Sequence record: SRR31156797_12923
Length of the DNA stretch: 53,018 nt
Direction: 5' to 3' (one strand)
A program made the translations under genes and the position numbers. Shown here piece by piece: positions 8,470 to 18,644 of the stretch (its first letter is position 1; the number at the start of each line of letters is the position of its first letter). The notes beneath the pieces are model-generated. The model had not been told where the DNA came from. It ran no database searches and worked only from the letters and a program-made list of their open reading frames with translations.

Positions 8470-10128
8470 ATGCAGATGGAAGGCTTCATTAAAACAACAA
8501 GCAAACTATGTAAAGCGCTGCTTTGCATGACAAGTTTGGGCGTAAGTATTAACTTGGCTCATGCTTCCCCAGAACAAGACTGTCAAAACCTAAAATCACT
8601 CCCTCTCTATAACGGTCAAATCACTGAAACCCAATTTATTACAGCGGGAAAATCAGAGAAAGACCCATTCCGAATGTTTACCGGTGCTCCTGACCTAGAG
8701 TTTGATCTCCCTGCTCATTGTCTAGTTCGTGGTGAAATTGAGCCACGCACCACAGCAACAGGCAAAGAAAACGCACTGAAATTCGAAGTTCGCTTACCAA
8801 CAAACTGGCAAAATCGCTTTATCTTTCAAGGTGGAGGCGGTACAGATGGTTTTTTGGCTAACGCAATTGGAACCACACCAATATCTGGTTCAACAGCTAC
8901 ACCGGCGCTGATCCGTGGGTATGCTGTGACGTCAATGAACGGTGGACACGATGGTGTAGATCCGACATTCGGATTGGATCAACAGGCTAGACTCGATTAT
9001 GCCTATGCTGCGGTTGGTAAAGTAACACAAGCAGCAAAAACCGTAGTCAATCGATACTACAACAAACAACCAGAGTACTCATACTTTATGGGCTGTTCAA
9101 ACGGTGGTCGCGAAGCGATGATAGCCGCGCAACGTTATCCAAACGAATATAACGGTGTAATTGCAGCAAACCCTGGCTTTCACCTAAGCCGCGCTGCAAT
9201 TAGTGAAGTCTGGGATACTCACTCTTTAATGGCAATTGCACCTAAAGATGGTCAAGGAAACAAAGTATTAGCTAACGCACTGACGAATAAAGATTTACAG
9301 ACACTTTCCGACGGGGTACTTAAACAATGTGACGCGAAAGACGGCGTTGAAGATGGCCTGATCAATGATTACCACAACTGTAACTTCAACCCAGATAATC
9401 TGGTTTGTAAAACGACGGGTGATTCTGATTGCCTAAGCAAAGAAAAAGTCGACGTAATAAAACGAGTATTTGATGGCGCCAGAGACAGTAAAGGCAAATT
9501 ACTATACAGCACATGGCCTTATGATGCTGGTGTTAATGCTCCAGGCTGGCGCGCATGGAAACTAGGCTTTTCGCAAGACGCGAACAAGCCTGATGCTTTA
9601 AATGCCGTACTCGGTGCAGGCTCGTTGAAGTTTTATTTTATGACACCCGCCAATCCTAGTGCAGACCTCACAGCGTTTGATTTCGACCGCGCAGAAGCGC
9701 TTGTACAGGAGACAGGTGCATTGAACGATGCCACTTCAACCATGCTTAATACTTTTGCTAGTAATGGTAGCAAGTTGATAGTCATCCAAGGTGTCTCTGA
9801 CCCAGTATTTTCAGCCGATGATATTGAAAACTGGTATTTAGAAACAAAGCAAACGACATCGCAAGGCGATCAATCTGAAATGGATAAATGGGGTCGTTTA
9901 TTTATGGTTCCCGGCATGACTCACTGTGGTGGTGGTCCGGCACTTGATAACATAGATCCGCTTACCGCTATGCAAGACTGGGTTGAAAACGATCAGCCTC
10001 CGGAGTATTTGTCAGCGACCGGAAAAGCGTTTCCTGATAAGAATATGCCGATCTGTGCTTACCCTCAGGTTGCTACCTACAAAGGTAAAGGCGATATAAA
10101 TTCAATTGATTCCTATCAGTGTCTCTAA
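8470..10128 (+). CDS. Secreted tannase/feruloyl esterase family hydrolase, MHETase-like
   Basis: Signal peptide (AHA-S), GGGG oxyanion segment, GCSNGG nucleophile, SDPVFS Asp, GMTHC His (CS-D-HC motif). Confidence 0.92.
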   Translation: MQMEGFIKTTSKLCKALLCMTSLGVSINLAHASPEQDCQNLKSLPLYNGQITETQFITAGKSEKDPFRMFTGAPDLEFDLPAHCLVRGEIEPRTTATGKENALKFEVRLPTNWQNRFIFQGGGGTDGFLANAIGTTPISGSTATPALIRGYAVTSMNGGHDGVDPTFGLDQQARLDYAYAAVGKVTQAAKTVVNRYYNKQPEYSYFMGCSNGGREAMIAAQRYPNEYNGVIAANPGFHLSRAAISEVWDTHSLMAIAPKDGQGNKVLANALTNKDLQTLSDGVLKQCDAKDGVEDGLINDYHNCNFNPDNLVCKTTGDSDCLSKEKVDVIKRVFDGARDSKGKLLYSTWPYDAGVNAPGWRAWKLGFSQDANKPDALNAVLGAGSLKFYFMTPANPSADLTAFDFDRAEALVQETGALNDATSTMLNTFASNGSKLIVIQGVSDPVFSADDIENWYLETKQTTSQGDQSEMDKWGRLFMVPGMTHCGGGPALDNIDPLTAMQDWVENDQPPEYLSATGKAFPDKNMPICAYPQVATYKGKGDINSIDSYQCL

Positions 10129-10145
10129 GCTTTTTTTAGCTTTTG

Positions 10146-10177
10146 TTAAGCTCCCAATATTGGGAGCTTAATTTTTT
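10146..10177 (+). terminator. Rho-independent terminator
   Basis: 26-bp palindrome TTAAGCTCCCAATATTGGGAGCTTAA followed by a T-tract. Confidence 0.75.
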
Positions 10178-10213
10178 GTTACATATTACCCCACCGCATT
10201 CTCATTGGTTAGG

Positions 10214-10273
10214 ATAAATAGGCAATGATTTTGTAGGAATGCGTTAGGCTCACTACACAAAATCCAGTAGATT
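10214..10273 (+). promoter_or_regulatory. Putative AraC box, copy 3, with promoter
   Basis: ATAAATAGGCAA-N8-TAGGAAT; TAGGCT-N17-TAGATT downstream. Confidence 0.65.
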
Positions 10274-10353
10274 AGAAATGGCTACTAATGACAGTTTAGA
10301 CTCTGTTCTTTAGTCGCAACTTATTGATAAATGGTTTTACGTAGTGATTTAAG

Positions 10354-11466
10354 ATGAAAATAATGATTTATATTAGTGTGATTGCAATAGCTGCTCTTTT
10401 TTTACTCGGCGGATGTACTTTTATGCAACAAAGTCGTTTCGGTGCCGAGCCTGAAGGGGAAAGGCTCCAACAGATTGAGCTATCGCCAAACTATTCTAAT
10501 GAAGAATTTCACAACCAGTTACCTACACCTGTACTCAAAGAAGGCGAGAGTACAATTTCAATCATCATTAGCAACTTATTTAGTTCAGCACAAAACCTGC
10601 AACCCAGAACGTCAGTCCCAACAGTGAAGACTGACCTAAAAGCGCTACCGTTAGATCAAGATTTAGTCGTTTGGCTTGGGCATTCGTCTTTTTACATCCA
10701 ACTCGATGGCAAGCGTATCCTGCTCGATCCCGTACTAAGCGCTTATGCATCGCCCATATCATTCGCAGTAAAAGCATTTCAGGGTTCATCTATCTATTCT
10801 TTAGACGATATTCCTGACATCGATCTTCTACTAATTTCCCACGACCACTGGGATCATCTAGACTACGATACTATTACAGCACTACAACCTCGTATTAAGA
10901 ACATATTTGTCCCTTTGGGCATCGGTGCACATTTCGAAAAATGGGGCTTTACGCAACAGCAGATTAACGAGTCCGACTGGTATGGTTCGTTCAGCATAGA
11001 GCCACAATTAACAGTACATTTAGCGCCCTCTCGTCACTATTCTGGTCGCGGTTTAACTAAGAATAAAACTTTGTGGGGCAGTTTCGTGCTGGAATCGAAG
11101 AACAGCAAAGTCTATTTTGGCGGAGATTCCGGTTATGGACCGCACTTTGCTGAGCTTGGAGAAAAGTTCGGTCCGTTTGATTTCGTTGCTCTCGACATGG
11201 GTCAGTATGATCCTCGTTGGCCATACATCCACATGACCCCTGAAGAAGCGTCTAAAGCAGCTATAGACCTAAACACTAAAACCTTACTGCCCGCTCACGT
11301 TGGTCGATTCACACTCGCCCAACATGACTGGAAACAGCCATTCAATCAAATTGTTGAGACAAGTAAGGATAAACCTTATCGCTTAGTTACACCTTTGATT
11401 GGTCAGACACTATTGTTCAAGGAAGAATCACAGAAATTCACACTGTGGTGGAAGCAAGTCGATTAA
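10354..11466 (+). CDS. MBL-fold metallo-hydrolase, RomA/NAPE-PLD-like, N-terminal anchor or possible lipobox
   Basis: WLGHSS, ISHDHWDHLD, RHYSGR, GGDSGY, IHMTPEE; LLGGC. Confidence 0.88.
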   Translation: MKIMIYISVIAIAALFLLGGCTFMQQSRFGAEPEGERLQQIELSPNYSNEEFHNQLPTPVLKEGESTISIIISNLFSSAQNLQPRTSVPTVKTDLKALPLDQDLVVWLGHSSFYIQLDGKRILLDPVLSAYASPISFAVKAFQGSSIYSLDDIPDIDLLLISHDHWDHLDYDTITALQPRIKNIFVPLGIGAHFEKWGFTQQQINESDWYGSFSIEPQLTVHLAPSRHYSGRGLTKNKTLWGSFVLESKNSKVYFGGDSGYGPHFAELGEKFGPFDFVALDMGQYDPRWPYIHMTPEEASKAAIDLNTKTLLPAHVGRFTLAQHDWKQPFNQIVETSKDKPYRLVTPLIGQTLLFKEESQKFTLWWKQVD

Positions 11467-11480
11467 TCATCTCTAGACAG

Positions 11481-11523
11481 ATAAAACCCGGCACTAACAA
11501 TCATGCTAATGTCGGGTTTTATT
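11481..11523. terminator. Bidirectional terminator
   Basis: ATAAAACCCGGCA...TGTCGGGTTTTAT between convergent genes. Confidence 0.7.
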
Positions 11524-11541
11524 GGGGGTCAGATTAAAATC

Positions 11542-12408
11542 TTATTTCTGGCGGTAAACAGGAAACACGCTAGCATCACCGTAATCTTCAATTTTTTGCA
11601 TCTCACTTAATACCTTCATATCTTCTTCTGAAATAACAAAATCGAGATCAGCATTGTTTTCCATGTGAGCGCGGTTCGCCGTTTTTGGCAGTGGTAGCAA
11701 ACCCAGTTGCAAATCGAAACGAATACATAGCTGAGGAATAGAAACATGGTATTTTTGTGCCATTGCTGCCACATCAACATTCTTAAACATTTCACCGTGA
11801 CCTACGGGTGAATAGGCTTCCACAACCATGCCTTTACTTTGCGAGTATGCGATAAGTTCAGTAGGAACGTTCGTCACGTGTGCCAGCAGCTGATGAACCA
11901 TAGGTTTTACCGTACAACCGCTTAGAATATTGTCTATATCGTACTCAGTGAAATTAGAAAGACCAATAGCTTTAACTTTTCCAGCTTTATAGGCTTCTTC
12001 TAACGCTTGCCATGCTTGTCGGTTACCTTCTTCGAATCGGTCTTCACTGCCAAAATGCTGCCACGGCTGTGGACTATGAATAATCATCAAATCGATATAA
12101 TCCAAGCCCATAGTGCTTAATGAGCCGTTAATAGCAGCAACAGCTTCATCATACGTTTTGTATCCTGCCGCCAGTTTGCTGGTGACGAATATTTCTTCTC
12201 GTTTTATACCACTAGCTTTAATCGCGGCTGCGACTTGCGCCTCATTACCGTAATCCTGAGCGGAATCGATATGACGATAACCGAGTTCGAGTGCATCTTT
12301 CACCGCTCTCTCGGCATCAGGCCCAGTAATAAGCCAGGTGCCTAAACCAAGCTTTGGAATTTTAACGCCATTCGCGAGTGTAAATGTTTCGTTTAAAACC
12401 ATGTTCAT
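11542..12408 (-). CDS. Aldo/keto reductase (2,5-DKG reductase-like)
   Basis: LGLGTW, GYRHIDSAQDYGNE, IFVTSK, IHSP, IGLSNF, LPK. Confidence 0.93.
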   Translation of the reverse strand: MNMVLNETFTLANGVKIPKLGLGTWLITGPDAERAVKDALELGYRHIDSAQDYGNEAQVAAAIKASGIKREEIFVTSKLAAGYKTYDEAVAAINGSLSTMGLDYIDLMIIHSPQPWQHFGSEDRFEEGNRQAWQALEEAYKAGKVKAIGLSNFTEYDIDNILSGCTVKPMVHQLLAHVTNVPTELIAYSQSKGMVVEAYSPVGHGEMFKNVDVAAMAQKYHVSIPQLCIRFDLQLGLLPLPKTANRAHMENNADLDFVISEEDMKVLSEMQKIEDYGDASVFPVYRQK

Positions 12409-12471
12409 CCCTCCATTGGTTTTTCTGAACAGATATATACGTACTTGATCATCAATTAACTTAGTTCCACA

Positions 12472-13698
12472 TTAAGATTCAGAGAACTGCGCGTGTTTGG
12501 CGATTTTTGCTTGTTTACTGTCCAGCGATTTTTGACCAAACTGCCACGCCAGCAAAGCCAGAATGATGCATGTGATTTCACCCATTACAATCCAGCCCCA
12601 ACCACCATGCTGCCACAATATCCCCGCCAATATTGAACCCAAAGCTGCTGATATAAAATTAACAACAATAAATGCGGTATTAATTCGGCTTCTGGATTCG
12701 GGTTCTAATGAAATAATTCTAGTCTGATTAAGCACATTCAGCGTCTGCATCGCCATATCTAATACCAATACTGCGACCAGCAGCATCCATATCGATACGC
12801 TGCCCCACCATGAAATGATTAGCGAAAGGAGCAAGATTGCTAGCGCCAAACCAGTAACGAGGACCGAGCGACCATTATCATGAAATTTGCCTGCGTTACG
12901 CGCCGCTAACGCTCCTGCGAAGCCTAACAAACCAACTAACCCTATTTGCGACATACTGTATGTGTATGGTTCGGAACTTAACAAGAAAGTAATACTGGTC
13001 CAGAACATTGAAAAAACGACAAAGATACAAGCCGTAATAACTAGTGTTACTTGTATTGCCCGATAGCGGCTAACAACATTTACGACAGACATCAGCAAAG
13101 GAAAATATTGAATTCGGCTGTGATGCTTCTCGTGAGGCAGAACTTTCATTAACACCATCGCGAGAAGTAAAGACGTGGCTGCGGCAAATATATAAATGGC
13201 CCGCCAGCCAAAGCTGTCCGCCAGTAGGCCGCTAATCGTTCTCGAAAAAAGAATGCCACACAATATCGCGGAGGTTAATACTCCAATGACTCGGCCACGA
13301 TGAGTATCAGATGCCAAACTACCCGCTAGTGGCACAATCAGTTGACCGGATATGGTTGAAAATCCAACTAGAGCTAAACCAGAAAGCAGCAGGTAAAAAT
13401 TGTTCGCCATTGAACATAGCATCAGCACTAGTGATGATACCAGCATGACTGCAGGAATAAGTCGTTTTCGGTTTAACGCATCACCAAGCGGCAGAAGAAA
13501 CAGAACGCCAGCCGCGTATCCAGCTTGAGTCACCGTCACTAAATAGGATGATTGCGATGCAGAAACATTAAATTCGCTGGCCACCTCACTTAACAGTGGC
13601 TGAATCCAATACAAATTTCCTACCGCAATTGCGCAGGCAAATGACAACACCCAAATTGTGGAGCGGGAAATTCCATTAGAACAAGCGCTTGCATCCAT
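12472..13698 (-). CDS. MFS transporter (drug/metabolite exporter type)
   Basis: GNLYWIQPLL, PLGDALNRK, SRINT; about 12 TM segments. Confidence 0.9.
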   Translation of the reverse strand: MDASACSNGISRSTIWVLSFACAIAVGNLYWIQPLLSEVASEFNVSASQSSYLVTVTQAGYAAGVLFLLPLGDALNRKRLIPAVMLVSSLVLMLCSMANNFYLLLSGLALVGFSTISGQLIVPLAGSLASDTHRGRVIGVLTSAILCGILFSRTISGLLADSFGWRAIYIFAAATSLLLAMVLMKVLPHEKHHSRIQYFPLLMSVVNVVSRYRAIQVTLVITACIFVVFSMFWTSITFLLSSEPYTYSMSQIGLVGLLGFAGALAARNAGKFHDNGRSVLVTGLALAILLLSLIISWWGSVSIWMLLVAVLVLDMAMQTLNVLNQTRIISLEPESRSRINTAFIVVNFISAALGSILAGILWQHGGWGWIVMGEITCIILALLAWQFGQKSLDSKQAKIAKHAQFSES

Positions 13699-13836
13699 AA
13701 ATAATCAGTCCCTTGTTACTTCTGAAGAAAGTACTGAAGCTTTACTCCTGAATCAAAAAGTAACATTGCTAACGTGCTTCTAAAAAAGGCGATTAAATAA
13801 TTATGATGTGACATTCGGCGCAAAGATACATTACAC

Positions 13837-13863
13837 AATACTCTCAAATTCTTGCTTAATTGT
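13837..13863 (-). promoter_or_regulatory. Putative AraC box, copy 4 (MFS-AKR operon)
   Basis: Minus strand ACAATTAAGCAA-N8-GAGTATT. Confidence 0.55.
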
Positions 13864-13888
13864 ATCTATTGTCCAATGAAGTGCGTTT

Positions 13889-14800
13889 TTACCAAGGGGC
13901 GTGACTAATATCATGTAGGCTTGCACCAAGTGAATTCAATCGCTTAGCGTCTAAAGACGGTGCTCGTCCATACATACGAGTGTATTCACGACTGAATTGA
14001 GAGGGACTTTCATAACCGACTTCGTATGCTGTCTCACTCACTTCTTTACCTTCCACCAGCAATTTCCTTGCTTCCTGAAGACGCAATGTTTTTTGGTACT
14101 GTAATGGGGTCATACCGGTTGCATTGCGGAAATGGCGATGCAAAGACGCCTGACTCATTCCAGACTGTGAAGTCAGGTCTTTAATCGTAATAGACTTGGA
14201 AAAGTGCTCTTTTACCCAGTTAATCACGTCTCTTACTTTATTTACCCTATGATCATTTCCGGAAATCTGACGCAATATAGAGCTCTGTTCACCATGCAAA
14301 AGACGATAGAGAATTTCCCTGTCTATCATAGGCGCAAGAAACGCGACATCTTGTTCATTTTTGAATAAATCCAGCATACGGGATAACGGTTCAAGTAAGT
14401 TGTCATCTGCACGTGATAAGAGGAAACACTCGTCATTACTCGATTTTAATTCATTCAGCTGTGTCTCTGTAATAATCTGAGCCAGCTTATCAGGTTCCAA
14501 ATTGATACTGATCGATATGTACGGTTTGCTGACATCTGACTCGATAATGCGTGTAGAGATAGGTAACTCAACCGAGTTAATAAAAAAGTCTCCAGGGCTG
14601 TATTTAAATACCCTTTCGCCGACGGTGACTTCTTTCGAACCCTGTAGAACAAGGCAAAGCATCGGCTGATACAGCACCGCAACAGGACAGTTTGTACCCG
14701 TTGCTGCAAACAGACTGTAACCGGGATACAGTTCCACACTTTCACCAAAAGAAATATATTTCTCTACCTGCGTGTTCAGTTGCTGCATTAATTCGTTCAT
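13889..14800 (-). CDS. AraC family activator, YqhC-like (AraC_N domain)
   Basis: YQPMLCLVLQGSK, REILYRLL, MTPLQYQKTLRLQEAR, VGYESPSQFSREY; start at 14800 after GAGG. Confidence 0.92.
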   Translation of the reverse strand: MNELMQQLNTQVEKYISFGESVELYPGYSLFAATGTNCPVAVLYQPMLCLVLQGSKEVTVGERVFKYSPGDFFINSVELPISTRIIESDVSKPYISISINLEPDKLAQIITETQLNELKSSNDECFLLSRADDNLLEPLSRMLDLFKNEQDVAFLAPMIDREILYRLLHGEQSSILRQISGNDHRVNKVRDVINWVKEHFSKSITIKDLTSQSGMSQASLHRHFRNATGMTPLQYQKTLRLQEARKLLVEGKEVSETAYEVGYESPSQFSREYTRMYGRAPSLDAKRLNSLGASLHDISHAPW

Positions 14801-14855
14801 CGCAATACCTCGTCGTCGTACACCCATCCGTATTATTCAAAATTCAACACTTGAT

Positions 14856-14916
14856 AAGAATAGGCAGATGATTGAGATTATCAGGAGAGCAACAATAATC
14901 AAACATAAAGTACATT
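14856..14916 (+). promoter_or_regulatory. Putative AraC box, copy 5, with -10
   Basis: AAGAATAGGCAG-N8-GATTATC; TACATT 55 nt from the motif start; lies in the araC/gfo divergent region. Confidence 0.65.
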
Positions 14917-14983
14917 AAGTCCTACAAATACCAATGGCGCTGAAAAGACGCGGCCACCTAAAGTACTTTAAAAGGACTAGATT

Positions 14984-16066
14984 ATGACAAACAAAACGAT
15001 TCGTGTTGGCTTCATCGGCCTAAATCCAGATAGTCACTGGGCAGCAACGGCTCACCTCCCTGCTCTTGCATCGCTTGGCGACAAATATTCCGTTGTTGCT
15101 GTAGCGAACAGCAGCCTCGAAAGTTCTCAACGTACGGCAAAAGCGCTTAATCTTCCTTTCGCTTTTGCTTCAGCACAAGAGCTTGTTCAGTCAGACGAAA
15201 TTGACTTAGTTGTGGTTACAGTAAAAGTGCCTTATCACTATGAATTGGTTTCAGCTGCGCTTAATGCAGGCAAGCACGTTTACTGTGAATGGCCACTGGG
15301 CAATGGATTAGAAGAAGCTCGCGAACTAACAGCACTGGCAAAAGAAAAAGGCGTTGTTGCGGTGTCTGGTACTCAGGCAAGAACGGCGTTGGAAATAGAG
15401 CATTTAAGCAAGCTGATTGCTGATGGTTATGTAGGCAAAGTACTTTCTTCAACTCTGATTGGTTCAGGTGGTAACTGGTCTGGTGAAACCATCGAAGAAT
15501 ACTACTACCTGTTTGAAGACAAAAACGGTGCAAACATGCAGACAATTCCTCTTGCTCATACATTAGCGGCAGTTAAGGATGTACTTGGCGATTTCGCACA
15601 GCTTGATGCTCAGTTCGTCAGTAACTTTTTAACCGTTAAAGTATCAGATGCCAACGAAACTCGTGACAAATCCGTACCAGACCAAATTATGGCGCACGGT
15701 CAACTAGAGAGCGGTGCTGCAATCTCGATTCACTATCGTGGCGGTGTATCCAGAGGTTCCAACCTGCTCTGGGAAATCAACGGTACTGAAGGTGATATTC
15801 AAGTGACAGCGGATCTGGGTCATGCTCAGATGGTGCAATTAACGATTAAAGGCGCAAACGGAGACGGCAAACAGCTAGAACCTTTAATGCCTGAACAAGC
15901 CTTGTATGAAGGATTACCTGAATTCGCAGCGGCTCGCAATATCGCTGTCATTTATGACCGCCTATACAACGACATTCAAAACGGAACCAGCACTGCTCCT
16001 ACGTTTGCAGATGCAGTAAGACTGCATGAAATCATCGATAGCATTGAGCAATCAGCGAATTCGTAA
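14984..16066 (+). CDS. Gfo/Idh/MocA oxidoreductase (Gal80-like subfamily)
   Basis: VGFIG, WAATAHLPAL, VKVPYH, KHVYCEWPL. Confidence 0.88.
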   Translation: MTNKTIRVGFIGLNPDSHWAATAHLPALASLGDKYSVVAVANSSLESSQRTAKALNLPFAFASAQELVQSDEIDLVVVTVKVPYHYELVSAALNAGKHVYCEWPLGNGLEEARELTALAKEKGVVAVSGTQARTALEIEHLSKLIADGYVGKVLSSTLIGSGGNWSGETIEEYYYLFEDKNGANMQTIPLAHTLAAVKDVLGDFAQLDAQFVSNFLTVKVSDANETRDKSVPDQIMAHGQLESGAAISIHYRGGVSRGSNLLWEINGTEGDIQVTADLGHAQMVQLTIKGANGDGKQLEPLMPEQALYEGLPEFAAARNIAVIYDRLYNDIQNGTSTAPTFADAVRLHEIIDSIEQSANS

Positions 16067-16148
16067 TAGTCATCGCACGGGGTACTTAAAGTACCCCTCT
16101 GACTGTGACACAAAGGTCACTTTTACGCTTGCCCTAAACACTATTTTG

Positions 16149-17036
16149 CTACCATTTGTCAGTCGAAAAGTAGTCAGAAATAAAGTCGATATAAACCCTG
16201 ACAGCATTCGACATGTATTTTCTGGACGAATAAAGTGCGTATATCGTCAACTTGTTTGGCTTCCATTCCGGTAACACATCAACCAATGTACCCCTATCAA
16301 GATCTTGCGAAGCAAGATACGTGGGTTGCATAGTAATGCCCATACCGCATTTTGCGGCGTGCAGTAACACTGTTGCTTCATTCGCCGAAAGGCTGGGCTT
16401 AATTTCTACCGATTGGTATTCACCCCCACAGTGTAAGTGCCAGACATGTTGCTCAAAATGTTTGTATCCCAGGCACGCATGCTTAAGCAAGTCGGTGGGT
16501 TTCTCTATTGGTGGATGTTGCGCGAGGTATTCCGGAGAAGCAACCAGCACAGAATGGCAATCGGCAATCGGTTTGCCTATCAGTGACTGATCTGGATTCG
16601 AGGCAATTCTTATAGCCAAATCAATTTGCTGTTCAACCAAGTCAGTTACCGTATCTTCAACATCAATTTCGACTTTAATTTCAGGATACGCCTCCATGAA
16701 TGCCTGAGTCGCTGGAACTAGCTGCGAAAAACCAAACGACATACTGGTAGAGACTTTAATTCGGCCACTCAACGCTTGTTGTGTTCGGGTTAAATCGACC
16801 AGAGCCTCCCCCGCCAGCAACCAGTTTTCAATATCCTTTAAACAATGTTGCCCGGCCGAAGTTAAAGTGACCTTTCTTGTCGTACGGTGTAGCAGTCGAA
16901 CATTTAGCCACGCTTCCATAGACTCAATATATCGAGTCACCATAGGACGGGACATGTTCATTCTGTCCGCTGTAGCGGTAAAGCTACCAGACTGAACGAC
17001 ATCAATAAACACGCTAGCTGCTTTGAGTCTATCCAT
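16149..17036 (-). CDS. LysR family regulator (DmlR-like)
   Basis: GSFTATAD...RLLHRTTRKVTLT; start MDRL at 17036. Confidence 0.93.
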   Translation of the reverse strand: MDRLKAASVFIDVVQSGSFTATADRMNMSRPMVTRYIESMEAWLNVRLLHRTTRKVTLTSAGQHCLKDIENWLLAGEALVDLTRTQQALSGRIKVSTSMSFGFSQLVPATQAFMEAYPEIKVEIDVEDTVTDLVEQQIDLAIRIASNPDQSLIGKPIADCHSVLVASPEYLAQHPPIEKPTDLLKHACLGYKHFEQHVWHLHCGGEYQSVEIKPSLSANEATVLLHAAKCGMGITMQPTYLASQDLDRGTLVDVLPEWKPNKLTIYALYSSRKYMSNAVRVYIDFISDYFSTDKW

Positions 17037-17147
17037 ATTATTAGCACGATTTATGAAACAGTGATGCACATAATTGGCTATTTTTCTGAACTTATCAATC
17101 TTCTATATTGTTCCTAACGAAATAAAACTCCTGCTAGGAAATACACT

Positions 17148-17771
17148 ATGACTAACATTCACTATTTTTATGACCCCATGTGTGGATGGTGCTATGGCGC
17201 GACATCCCTAATAGAGACGATCGAACAAAACCCACAGTTCAACCTAGTTTTTCATCCTGGCGGTATGATGGAAAAAAGTGTATTGCCAGAACAATTTAAA
17301 CAACACATTATCAAGGCCGATCCTCGTATCTCCGCTTTAACGGGTGCACGTTTTGGTGATGATTACATTCGTCGTTTGCAAAGTAGTGAAGACTTTGTCA
17401 TTGATTCATTTTTACCCATTAAAGCAATTCTGGTCGCCGATTCTCTTGGAGCGAACAGTTTTAACATGCTCAAAGCAATTCAGCATGCACATTATGTTGA
17501 AGGGCGCGAACTACATAAAATCGAACAATTAGGAAAGATTGTTTCTCAAATGGGCGTTGACATTGATGAGTGGTCTCAAGCGATGGCTTCGGATGTCAGC
17601 CAAAATATGCTCGACCGGAATATTCAACAAAGCCATGAATTAATGCACAAGCTGAACATTTCTGGCTATCCAACACTGATAGCCGAAACAAATGGTTCTT
17701 TAAGTAAGCTTCCACATGAGCAGTATTATGGACGTAAAAGTGAATGGGATAAGTACTTAACGTCTTTATAA
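17148..17771 (+). CDS. Cytoplasmic DsbA/FrnE-like thioredoxin-fold protein
   Basis: YDPMCGWCYG (CxxC), GYPT cis-Pro loop; no signal peptide. Confidence 0.88.
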   Translation: MTNIHYFYDPMCGWCYGATSLIETIEQNPQFNLVFHPGGMMEKSVLPEQFKQHIIKADPRISALTGARFGDDYIRRLQSSEDFVIDSFLPIKAILVADSLGANSFNMLKAIQHAHYVEGRELHKIEQLGKIVSQMGVDIDEWSQAMASDVSQNMLDRNIQQSHELMHKLNISGYPTLIAETNGSLSKLPHEQYYGRKSEWDKYLTSL

Positions 17772-17777
17772 ACAGCA

Positions 17778-17816
17778 AAAAGTCATCGCACGAATATTGA
17801 TAGTGCGATGACTTTT
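17778..17816. terminator. Bidirectional terminator
   Basis: AAAAGTCATCGCAC...GTGCGATGACTTTT. Confidence 0.75.
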
Positions 17817-17827
17817 ATATTTAGCAT

Positions 17828-18631
17828 TTAATAACTGAGCTTATCAGCCGACGTCTTGCCATTCGCTTTAAACAAAGCCAGTCTTTCATCTAAAGCATTG
17901 GTATAAAGCATAGTATCAACAGCCACAGCAACGAAATTAGCCCCCCACTCTATGACTTTGTTCGCCATTGCAGGATCCACGGCTAAAAAGCCTGCGGCTT
18001 TTCCTGCAGCTCGGATACGACGCACGCAGTCTTCGATAGTGGCCTGAACCTCTGGGTTACCTGCGTCATCAGGATACCCCAGCGATGCGGATAAATCTGC
18101 CGGTCCAATGAATACACCATCGATTCCATCGACGTCGAGTATAGCATCAAGGTTTTCCAATGCTGTTTTACTCTCTACTTGTACCAAAAGACAAAGTTCT
18201 TTATTCGCTTTCGCCATGTAGTCATCAACACGCCCCCATCTTGCAGCCCGAGCAACGCTTGCGCCAACGCCACGAGTTCCCATTGGCGGATATCGCATGG
18301 CTTTGACGACTTCTTTAGCTTGCTCTGCAGTATCTACCATGGGGATCAGCAATGTTTGTGCTCCAACATCAAGAACTTGTTTGATGTTCGCTTTGGTACC
18401 TTCCACAGGACGAACTACCGGCTCTCCATAATACGGTGCTATTGCCTGAAGCTGATGATAAATATCCTGAACCGTATTCGGAGCATGCTCCCCATCAATG
18501 AGCAACCAGTCATACCCTGATGTTGCCGCTATTTCAGCAACATAAGAAGAGGTTGTACTTAGCCATAAACCAAATTGCAACTCTCCTTTATTGATAGCTT
18601 CCTTAAACGTGTTTGTAGATAATTCTTTCAT
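17828..18631 (-). CDS. rhmA: 2-keto-3-deoxy-L-rhamnonate aldolase
   Basis: HpcH family ([22 protein letters not shown]); closely resembles E. coli YfaU and is syntenic with rhmDTR. Confidence 0.92.
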   Translation of the reverse strand: MKELSTNTFKEAINKGELQFGLWLSTTSSYVAEIAATSGYDWLLIDGEHAPNTVQDIYHQLQAIAPYYGEPVVRPVEGTKANIKQVLDVGAQTLLIPMVDTAEQAKEVVKAMRYPPMGTRGVGASVARAARWGRVDDYMAKANKELCLLVQVESKTALENLDAILDVDGIDGVFIGPADLSASLGYPDDAGNPEVQATIEDCVRRIRAAGKAAGFLAVDPAMANKVIEWGANFVAVAVDTMLYTNALDERLALFKANGKTSADKLSY

Positions 18632-18644
18632 AAATTTTACCTAT

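Noticed and set aside
13659-13667. TGGAGCGGG matching the tRNA-Gly 3' end (possible att site)
   Set aside because: Only 9 bp, inside the MFS coding region, with no integrase; expected by chance.
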